This document shows, one piece after another, positions 18,156 through 25,719 of a DNA stretch of 58,550 bases. Each line of letters begins with the position of its first letter. Position 1 is the first letter of the stretch. This DNA comes from a virus (Duplodnaviria > Caudoviricetes). A program made the translations under genes and the position numbers. The stretch lies in IMG/VR virus record IMGVR_UViG_3300007513_000047, positions 1 to 58,550 of that record, one strand, 5' to 3'. Below the pieces are notes generated by a model that saw only the letters and a list, made by a program, of their open reading frames with translations, was not told the origin of the DNA and did not search any database.

Positions 18156-18432
18156 CTATGTTTCCATCCTCTACAAAATTTTCAGACCGTGCAACTCTAT
18201 CCAAATCTGGTCTTAACTCCAGAGTTTGTGAAATAAGTAAGTCGATTTTTAATATGTCATTGTTCATTACTCTCGCCCTATCTTCTAACATGGTTATAAT
18301 ACCTGTTAGACCTTTGACATTATCAAGTACACCTTCTAAGATGTATTTTAGGGTTAAGAATATGAAGAAAGCCATAACAAGAGAACCAAAAATTGGCGCT
18401 CCGACTTCAGCTAAAAATTCTATCCAGTTCAT
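18139..18432 (-). CDS. single-TM coiled-coil protein
   Basis: VGAPIFGSLVMAFFIFLTL...LEDRARVMNNDILKI. Confidence 0.75.
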   Translation of the reverse strand: MNWIEFLAEVGAPIFGSLVMAFFIFLTLKYILEGVLDNVKGLTGIITMLEDRARVMNNDILKIDLLISQTLELRPDLDRVARSENFVEDGNIDARRD

Positions 18433-18475
18433 AATATTACTCTATTATTTATGATTTCATTGTCTTATTAACCAT

Positions 18476-18503
18476 AAAAAAAGGGACCAAAAGGTCCCTT
18501 TTT
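18476..18503 (-). terminator. intrinsic terminator (possibly bidirectional)
   Basis: AAAAAAAGGGACC-AAAA-GGTCCCTTTTT. Confidence 0.85.
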
Positions 18504-18522
18504 AATAATCCGTGAGGACTAA

Positions 18523-18834
18523 TTATAATTCTTCGGTTTCATCACCATCGGAATTATCTTTCAGTTGCGAGTGTATCTCGTTGATAACTTGAGCTTTCGT
18601 ACCACTCTTCTTAACTTTAAGAGAGTTTTTGTCAGCAAGGTCAAGAAGTTGAACTTTGGTTAATGTTTTCAGTTCAGCTTTGGAAGTAATTCCATTGTCG
18701 TTCTTATCAGCGACTGGTACCGGTCTCGGTCTTGGTGCTGGTGTCGAACTTACTTTACTACCTTTATCTTTCTTATCAAAGAAAGCGAAGTAAATAACAA
18801 CTAATACGACTACAATTGCAATTGCGTATTCCAT
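18523..18834 (-). CDS. membrane-anchored protein with a Rho-N/HeH-like C-terminal motif
   Basis: N-terminal TM, Pro-rich linker, ELKTLTKVQLLDLA...TKAQVINEI. Confidence 0.65.
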   Translation of the reverse strand: MEYAIAIVVVLVVIYFAFFDKKDKGSKVSSTPAPRPRPVPVADKNDNGITSKAELKTLTKVQLLDLADKNSLKVKKSGTKAQVINEIHSQLKDNSDGDETEEL

Positions 18835-18907
18835 AATATACTCCTATTTCAATTATGAAACTCCATATTAACACTGGAGTTTAAAATTGACAAGGGGTTT
18901 TTTGGGA

Positions 18908-19084
18908 TTATTTGTCTTTTGCTTTACCAACATTAAATGCAAACCAATCAAGGACTTTATAAGCCTTCTTGACTAGACCATCATCTACTGGTGTTGGTGT
19001 AAGGGCTGCTATTAGTGAAGCGCCTGCAACTATCCAAGGGATTAATTGAAGCCATCCGACTACCCATGTAAGAAATTCTAACAT
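18908..19084 (-). CDS. 58-aa membrane protein, holin-like (not in ORF track)
   Basis: MLEFLTWVVGWLQLIPWIVAGASLIAALTPTPVDDGLVKKAYKVLDWFAFNVGKAKDK; GGAGG SD. Confidence 0.75.
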   Translation of the reverse strand: MLEFLTWVVGWLQLIPWIVAGASLIAALTPTPVDDGLVKKAYKVLDWFAFNVGKAKDK

Positions 19085-19139
19085 TTCTATCCTCCATTGT
19101 TTAAAAATAAAAGTTAATTATTACTATTAACGATGGTAT

Positions 19140-19547
19140 TTATGAAATATTGTTGCCAATTGAGTATTTTTGGGTGAGTTTCCACTCTGTTTTCTCTTTG
19201 TAAGGTATAACTTTTATCTGAGAAAGTGGTGCTCTAGGGGTTGCGATTGATGTTGGAATGACTACTGATACTAGATTCCATTGTCTTAATAAGTCAACGA
19301 TGGTGTTTCTACGGCCCACATCCGACTCGTCAAAGTTGGTTGGTTTACCATCTAGTTTGAATAGTTCTTTGAAATGGACAATGTAATACTTGCCTCTTTT
19401 GTGGAGAATGTGACAGGACTGAAACAGTTCTTTTTCTTTTCTAGATGCCACACCAATACGAGATAAGGTCTCTCTTATCTTAAGAAAGTCGTCCTTTTCA
19501 GGAAATGTGATTTCTATTAAGTCCTTTACTAAATCGTTGTCATCCAT
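19140..19547 (-). CDS. regA: translational repressor RegA
   Basis: DDFLKIRETLSRIGVAS, QSCHILHKRGKYYIVHFKELF and RRNTIV; start at ATG 19547. Confidence 0.96.
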   Translation of the reverse strand: MDDNDLVKDLIEITFPEKDDFLKIRETLSRIGVASRKEKELFQSCHILHKRGKYYIVHFKELFKLDGKPTNFDESDVGRRNTIVDLLRQWNLVSVVIPTSIATPRAPLSQIKVIPYKEKTEWKLTQKYSIGNNIS

Positions 19548-19932
19548 TATTCTTGCCACCAAGTTTCATTCTGTTTTTCAACTCACGATACTGTTTATCA
19601 TTTAATAACTCTAGATATTCTTTAGCTCTTTGTGTTGATACACCAAAGGCATTCTTCACTGTATCTAACTTCTTACTTAAGTAAGGTTTTTGCCATTTCG
19701 AAAATCTCTGTCTTTTTCTAAGAGTATTTATGAAAAACAAGTATTGAAGACGGTTATCCGTACCGTGACGGACATTCATCTCGTTTACAAGAAAAACAGA
19801 ATCTTGATGATAAGATAATGCTTTATTGATTAGGAATGGTTGATAGGCTTTCTCTTCGACATCATCAACCATGATGTCTTTTTTGTCGTAAGAGACCGAC
19901 TTTACAAAGTCAAACGGATTTCGTTTGTTCAT
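19540..19932 (-). CDS. 62: clamp loader small subunit gp62
   Basis: YQPFLINKALS...QYLFFINTLRKRQRFSKW; located between gp44 and regA. Confidence 0.92.
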   Translation of the reverse strand: MNKRNPFDFVKSVSYDKKDIMVDDVEEKAYQPFLINKALSYHQDSVFLVNEMNVRHGTDNRLQYLFFINTLRKRQRFSKWQKPYLSKKLDTVKNAFGVSTQRAKEYLELLNDKQYRELKNRMKLGGKNNG

Positions 19933-20219
19933 CTTTGTGGATATTCGTATTGTGACCTGCGTAAGAAAGAATGTAAAAGATTCTCACCTCTCTTCTGAGT
20001 ACCGAATCTGTGAATTTCTTTTCCGTTCTTAGACCTGACAATTACACCATTGTTGTATTGAACATCGGTCACTGGTGAATCGTCTGTATCTGCTGGTCTA
20101 TCATCGTACCACATAGATTTTAATTGATGTATATGGACACATTTAACATGCCATGCCCATTCTTCTGCCTCAAGTTTAAGTCTTTGTTTCTCTACCCTTT
20201 CATCATATTGGGTCATCAT
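19929..20219 (-). CDS. hypothetical protein inserted between gp44 and gp62
   Basis: 96-aa ORF with SD and ATGA overlap. Confidence 0.7.
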   Translation of the reverse strand: MMTQYDERVEKQRLKLEAEEWAWHVKCVHIHQLKSMWYDDRPADTDDSPVTDVQYNNGVIVRSKNGKEIHRFGTQKRGENLLHSFLRRSQYEYPQR

Positions 20220-20268
20220 ACTTCTCCCTCTCTACTGAAAAAACACCAAAAGATTAACCATAGTGTTC

Positions 20269-21213
20269 TCATTTGAATTTACACTCACTCATTATTTCAG
20301 TAAGACAAGCAACAAAGTTTATCTCACTGTCCATTGCAAATGCAGATTTGTATTGATAGTCAGCGATAAACAATACAGCGGCAGGTATTGAACTTGGTTC
20401 AAGTCGTTGTTCTAATGAGTTAAATACTTTCCTATATAGAGTATTGAAGTCATTATCTGAATTCTGTCCTACCCATTTTCTCATGCCAGACCAATTCTTG
20501 TCTGCCAACATATCAATTAGAGGTGTAAGTTTTTCTTCGGATAATGTCGCTAATAGACCACTATCTATTACACCACTTGCACCATATCTCTGAACTTCAT
20601 TGATACATCGTCTAAAATCTGGAAAGAACTTCATAATAAGTTCTACTAAAACCTTTTCGTCATATTCTATATTCTCTTCTTTACAGATATGCTTTAATCT
20701 ATCTAATGCACCCATAGCGAGAGTTTGTTTCTCATTATTAGGTATCGCAAAATCTATAACAGTGCATCTACTATGAAGTGGTGCAATGATACGATTCTTA
20801 TAATTACATGTGAATATAAACCTACAATTAGAAGAGAACTCTTCTATGAAATTTCTTAATGCAGGTTGAACAGATTCAGCAGATATGTAATCTGCTTCAT
20901 CTAAAATAACTACTTTTGGACCACCAGAAAGTGAAACTGTTGATGCAAAGTTTTTGATTTTTGTCCGTAAAGTATCGATAAGGCGGCCCTCATCACTACC
21001 ATTGATAACTATAAAGTCAGCTCCTAACTCATTACACAACGCCTTAGCGATGGTTGTTTTGCCTGTCCCAGCAGGACCATTCAATAATAGATTAGGTATT
21101 TCTTGATTATCTACGAACTCTGAGAAACTTTTCTTCACCCCTTTGGGTAAAATTGTGTCCTCAATTGTTTGAGGTCTATATTTCTCTACATATAAAAATT
21201 CTGTTTGACTCAT
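20269..21213 (-). CDS. 44: clamp loader large subunit gp44
   Basis: EKYRP, GPAGTGKTT, ILDEAD and SRC motifs. Confidence 0.96.
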   Translation of the reverse strand: MSQTEFLYVEKYRPQTIEDTILPKGVKKSFSEFVDNQEIPNLLLNGPAGTGKTTIAKALCNELGADFIVINGSDEGRLIDTLRTKIKNFASTVSLSGGPKVVILDEADYISAESVQPALRNFIEEFSSNCRFIFTCNYKNRIIAPLHSRCTVIDFAIPNNEKQTLAMGALDRLKHICKEENIEYDEKVLVELIMKFFPDFRRCINEVQRYGASGVIDSGLLATLSEEKLTPLIDMLADKNWSGMRKWVGQNSDNDFNTLYRKVFNSLEQRLEPSSIPAAVLFIADYQYKSAFAMDSEINFVACLTEIMSECKFK

Positions 21214-21335
21214 AACTTAAAAGAACGACCCCCACCTGCCGTTTGTGCATTAGACCAAAGATGATGAGATTCTAATACTCCCATGAAAAGAGCGGAGACT
21301 GGCGCTTTTTCACACATTTATATATCCTATATATG

Positions 21336-22001
21336 TTAGGCGTTGTAAGAACTGTCAGGTTCTAACGCAATAAAATACTCTAAATCTATATCTTTATTTT
21401 TGAAATGAGATATACCTTTAGAAGATACTGCAACCGAGTAGTTGCCATCTAAAACTTTCAAGTTCTCAATCTTGAAGTTCATTGTGAATTTAGAACCATT
21501 GCCCTCTCCTACAACTCTTGAGAATGTATTTGAAGTTGGATTCTTTTTGTCAGCAACTGACAATTTGATAGTTGTACCATCAGAAGTCATACTTAAATCA
21601 TTGACGCCTAGAACTGAAGCAGCCTTCTGCAATTCGGACAATAATGTTGATGATAAATCTATATTGATTTCTGAGTCAGGCATTGTAATCATTTTGTCTA
21701 CAGTAGTTACCATACCCTCAGATGCATAGAAATAAGTCAAAGATGTATCAGCATCAGCAATAGTCAATGATGCTTCATTGAAATTGAAATCTGGATTATC
21801 TGTCAGACTTATTGCACCTAGAAATTCAACTAGGTTGTATATACTAAACTCTTGATTAAATGTTTCTGGAACATTTGCAACAGCAAGTATGTTTTTCATA
21901 TTAGATATTGTTCTAAGTTGATTACCTGCACCAACTTTAATACCTGAATTAATTGTGGCGAAGTTCTTTAATATCGCCTGAGTTTCACTTGAAATTTTCA
22001 C
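21336..22001 (-). CDS. 45: sliding clamp gp45
   Basis: MKISSETQAILKNFATINSGI...IYNLVEFL...YFIALE. Confidence 0.95.
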   Translation of the reverse strand: MKISSETQAILKNFATINSGIKVGAGNQLRTISNMKNILAVANVPETFNQEFSIYNLVEFLGAISLTDNPDFNFNEASLTIADADTSLTYFYASEGMVTTVDKMITMPDSEINIDLSSTLLSELQKAASVLGVNDLSMTSDGTTIKLSVADKKNPTSNTFSRVVGEGNGSKFTMNFKIENLKVLDGNYSVAVSSKGISHFKNKDIDLEYFIALEPDSSYNA

Positions 22002-22285
22002 TTTTCAGTCTCCTTATAAGTATCGTGATTATATAAAGCAAGAAATCCGTAATGGATAACTTTCAACAGGTCGGCACGATTATAACCGTCCTTCTTTCCG
22101 TATCGTTGGGCATATTTCAAAATATTCCCAATACAAAATCCTTCTCCATGACCACCGTCCATAATGAACTCTGTGGCCTGAAATTTTTCTTTTGAGTAAT
22201 GTTCTTCATAAGTCTTGTCTACATAAGAAGAGAACTCGTTTAAGAGTTCTCTTTCGTTATATTTGTAGTCTATACTATTACTCAT
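21998..22285 (-). CDS. DUF3310-like protein
   Basis: HY...GFCIGNILKYAQRYGKK...DLLKVIHY. Confidence 0.75.
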   Translation of the reverse strand: MSNSIDYKYNERELLNEFSSYVDKTYEEHYSKEKFQATEFIMDGGHGEGFCIGNILKYAQRYGKKDGYNRADLLKVIHYGFLALYNHDTYKETEK

Positions 22286-22329
22286 CTTGTTCCATTATAC
22301 TCTTGAACCTTTCTATCGTCAATGGGGTT

Positions 22330-23583
22330 TTAGATATAATCATCTTCGATTACAGTATCCTCAGGTTTGACTTCCTCAACAACTTCTTCGTAAGGATTAA
22401 CTCCTTCATCAACTTTGGTGTAGAGGTCAAGAACTGCGGCCCTAGTTTCTTCATCGAATCTAGAGATACACATTGTTATTGATTTGAGTTTATCGTTAAA
22501 CATTCTGAAAGCGTTTACAATGTGAACAAGTCTTCGAGTTGTTATCACATCATCTATCGCACCTTCGTAGTAAGTTTTTCTGATTATGTCTGCCCAATCA
22601 ACTAGTTTTTTGCAGAACTCTTCATCAACTTCGCCACTCAATGCCATTTCTTTTTTAAGAATGTTTCTCTCAGTAGTCACTGGAGGATATTCTTGTTGCA
22701 TTGTAATCGCAAACCTTTCAAGCATCGCTTCATTCATAATTTGAGTCCCTATGAACTTGCCATCTTCTGAACCTTGCCCTTTAGTGTTTGCAGTTGCAAG
22801 AACTGTGAACCCAGGTGTTGGTGTCACCCACTCACCAGTTTTCTTGATTAAGTATCCTTTCCCTTCAAGAACTGATTGTAAACACATGAGTTTATTAGAC
22901 CCTAAGTCAACTTCATCAAGAAGTAAGACAGCGCCTTTTCTCATTGCCTTGATAACAGGACCTTCTCTAAAGATAATGTTACCATTTTGTAGAGTGTGTC
23001 CACCCATTAAATCATCTTCATCAGTTTCGATGGTAATGTTCACTCTGAAAAGTTCCCTTTTCAATTGAGCACAAACTTGTTCAATCATCAAAGTTTTACC
23101 ATTTCCTGAAAGACCAGTCACGAAAACTGGAAAGAAGATTTTAGATTTAATGATGTTTTTAACATCTTTATGGTGTCCAAACTGAACATAGTTTGACATC
23201 TTCTCAGGAATGATTTTGACTTTGTCGTCAATTAGATTGACTGCCTCAGTAGCAGCGGCGGCAGGCATATTTGAAACTTGCGGTGCAGGAACAGTCGCAA
23301 CTTTTAACGGTGCAGGTTTATTAACTGCAACAGTTGTGCCATGTTCATCAACTGCAAGAATCGGTTGAAGATTGAAAACAGCACCATCTTTAAAATTGTA
23401 TCTGTTTGATTTCAACCAGTAAGGGAAATGTCCCAATGCATCAAATTGTTCTTTAGTGAACTGTAATTGATTAGGATATTTCGTTTTCAATGCCGTGATA
23501 AATTCTTTTCTATCAGGCGTCAGGTGGAAGTTTTGACCACCTATGTCGATTGACTCGGTTGGGTCATATGTCCATTTACTCAT
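22330..23583 (-). CDS. MoxR/CobS-like AAA+ ATPase
   Basis: GLSGNGKT, LLLDEVD, ATANTKGQG, NEAMLERF and ITTRRL. Confidence 0.9.
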   Translation of the reverse strand: MSKWTYDPTESIDIGGQNFHLTPDRKEFITALKTKYPNQLQFTKEQFDALGHFPYWLKSNRYNFKDGAVFNLQPILAVDEHGTTVAVNKPAPLKVATVPAPQVSNMPAAAATEAVNLIDDKVKIIPEKMSNYVQFGHHKDVKNIIKSKIFFPVFVTGLSGNGKTLMIEQVCAQLKRELFRVNITIETDEDDLMGGHTLQNGNIIFREGPVIKAMRKGAVLLLDEVDLGSNKLMCLQSVLEGKGYLIKKTGEWVTPTPGFTVLATANTKGQGSEDGKFIGTQIMNEAMLERFAITMQQEYPPVTTERNILKKEMALSGEVDEEFCKKLVDWADIIRKTYYEGAIDDVITTRRLVHIVNAFRMFNDKLKSITMCISRFDEETRAAVLDLYTKVDEGVNPYEEVVEEVKPEDTVIEDDYI

Positions 23584-23604
23584 ATAGTCTCCTTGTTAAT
23601 ATTT

Positions 23605-23648
23605 TTCATCATGTGTCCATGGTACTAAAAAAGTGTACCTACTGTCAA
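23605..23648 (-). promoter_or_regulatory. early promoter repeat, copy 1
   Basis: TTGACA-gtaggtacacttttttag-TACCAT-ggacacatgatgaa; near-identical to 28414-28457. Confidence 0.8.
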
Positions 23649-23657
23649 CCATTATTA

Positions 23658-23954
23658 TTACCATTTGTCTTTAACATCTGGTACTCCGTTTACATAATCA
23701 AATGGCATCGATATACTAGCAGGGTTATGACCACTACCAATATATCTAAATCCTTTCTGAACTGTCATAGGGTCTACATGGTCTAGATATCTATCAACCC
23801 AACACCCTTTCCTTTGACAGTAATCTTCCACTTCAGCATATGTTCCATGAACATACTCTTTGAAGTTTCCTTCTTGGTCTAATACCCTTGCATATTCTTG
23901 TTGGTCTATCTGACCTCTAGGTATCTTTGGTAAATTTAATTCTAATTGTTTCAT
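23658..23954 (-). CDS. hypothetical protein
   Basis: 98-aa ORF with ATGA overlap. Confidence 0.65.
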   Translation of the reverse strand: MKQLELNLPKIPRGQIDQQEYARVLDQEGNFKEYVHGTYAEVEDYCQRKGCWVDRYLDHVDPMTVQKGFRYIGSGHNPASISMPFDYVNGVPDVKDKW

Positions 23955-25477
23955 AATTTCTCCGGAACTAGTGTCACTTTGCCACTATCATCATTTGTTG
24001 AACCTAGTATAGTGCAAAAGTCACCAACATCCTTGTGGTGATTATGCCAAGTGTTTGCAGTGATTTTCTTAGAAGAAGCAGGACCATCTTTACCTTTTGA
24101 ACCATTACTTTTCCAATCGTTAGGTGCATCTGCTCTGCCACCATTAATATCTGTTATTGTAATCCACATCTTACTACAGTCTTCATTTCTACCAATCAGT
24201 AAGAAGTCCATTGTTGATGCCGTTTTAGCGGTACCTGAACCATCACCGCCTGCCCACCCATTCATAGAACCTTGGTCTTCATTTATCAATGTCACTTTAA
24301 CTTCAATAACTGGAATGTGATATCCCTCTTTTGAAGTTTTGTATCTTTCGCCATCAATTAAACCTCTAACTTCAACATCGAATACACTATCATTTTCTTT
24401 ACCTTCTGAGTATGCATCATATCCATATTCTCTCATAACAAGAGTCATAGCAGACATAGCACTATGCGAACAACCACTTGATATTGCACTTTGACTTTCG
24501 CCTGCAATCTTACTGAATACAATTTTTACTTTACCCTCACCTGGAACAACTGCGACTGCACCAAATTTTTGTTCTAGAAAATCTTTAAATAACTTTACGA
24601 ATCTCTTTTGCATCTTCTTAGATTTTTTGAATAACTTCCAAAAGTGTTTCGCATCTGTAATACATTCTGCATAATTTTCATCTATAGCAAACTCTAATGC
24701 CTTTGCAGGAGTTGTGCAACTTTTACCATTGAACTTCTTATCTACATCAATAATCTTGAACCATTTTCTTGCTTCTTTATCACCCACAAAGTCAATCAAT
24801 TGAAGCCCTTTCAATAAATGTGTATTACTTATATCTCTATCTTTGGCAAAGTTTTTTCTCTCTTTAGCACAAAAAGAATAGTTTTTTGTTTCTTTATAGT
24901 TTCCTGTTAAGTCAACCTTTCTATCTTCTGCCAACATTTTTCTCATGGCGTTAAACTCTTGACAGTTGGTCAACCAACTCTTCATATTTCTTACTAATAA
25001 GTTTCTTCCGTTTTGTGATGATAATATCTGTGCATCGTCAAACTCACTTCTATTTGGGTCAAACCATATGTCTTCTGGACAAATATAAACTCTTACAAGT
25101 TCAAGACCAGTCTTAGTAGTCATGAAAACTCTACAATCACCATTTCTTATGAAACAATAACCATCTATTGCAACTGCTTCTGTATTACCTACACCATCAT
25201 AATCAATCTTTGAGTTTTCTAATAACCCCTCTACACCATAACCTAAATCATATAACTTTCGAACATTAGGGTCTTCATCGTGTGGATTCTTTTCGAAGAG
25301 TTCAAACTCTGGATACATTTTTCTATTTGCAGGACTAGGTCTCAACAATTCAGCAGGCATTAGAAATGTATAAGATTGTTTACCATACTCTTTACTGTTT
25401 AATGCCTCTATGAATTCTGGATATTCACAACCCACAAACTGTTTCAATTCAGATAATATTTTTTCTCTTTGTTTCAT
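23951..25477 (-). CDS. hypothetical 508-aa protein; possible ParB/Srx-like N-domain and PD-(D/E)xK-like C-domain
   Basis: LLRPSPANRKMYP...IDGYCFIRNGDCRV; FDVEVRG...IEVKVT; the domain calls are tentative. Confidence 0.5.
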   Translation of the reverse strand: MKQREKILSELKQFVGCEYPEFIEALNSKEYGKQSYTFLMPAELLRPSPANRKMYPEFELFEKNPHDEDPNVRKLYDLGYGVEGLLENSKIDYDGVGNTEAVAIDGYCFIRNGDCRVFMTTKTGLELVRVYICPEDIWFDPNRSEFDDAQILSSQNGRNLLVRNMKSWLTNCQEFNAMRKMLAEDRKVDLTGNYKETKNYSFCAKERKNFAKDRDISNTHLLKGLQLIDFVGDKEARKWFKIIDVDKKFNGKSCTTPAKALEFAIDENYAECITDAKHFWKLFKKSKKMQKRFVKLFKDFLEQKFGAVAVVPGEGKVKIVFSKIAGESQSAISSGCSHSAMSAMTLVMREYGYDAYSEGKENDSVFDVEVRGLIDGERYKTSKEGYHIPVIEVKVTLINEDQGSMNGWAGGDGSGTAKTASTMDFLLIGRNEDCSKMWITITDINGGRADAPNDWKSNGSKGKDGPASSKKITANTWHNHHKDVGDFCTILGSTNDDSGKVTLVPEKL

Positions 25478-25719
25478 TCTATGTCCTTAAGTAATCTCTC
25501 CATATCAATTGCGATAGAAGTCTTCTTACCCTTTCTCTTGGTGGTATAAGAATCATTGTTAACCCAAAATCTAAATGCCTTACATTCAACCTCTTCTTCA
25601 GCACACAAAGCTTGCCTAGGGCAATTAAACTTAACGCATGGTCCTACACCAACACTAACTATTGCTTCTTGAAACTTGTCGTAATTGACAGATTCAATTA
25701 TTTCCATTTTTATTGCCAT
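25474..25719 (-). CDS. small four-Cys hypothetical protein
   Basis: PCVKFNCPRQALCAEEEVECKAF. Confidence 0.65.
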   Translation of the reverse strand: MAIKMEIIESVNYDKFQEAIVSVGVGPCVKFNCPRQALCAEEEVECKAFRFWVNNDSYTTKRKGKKTSIAIDMERLLKDIE

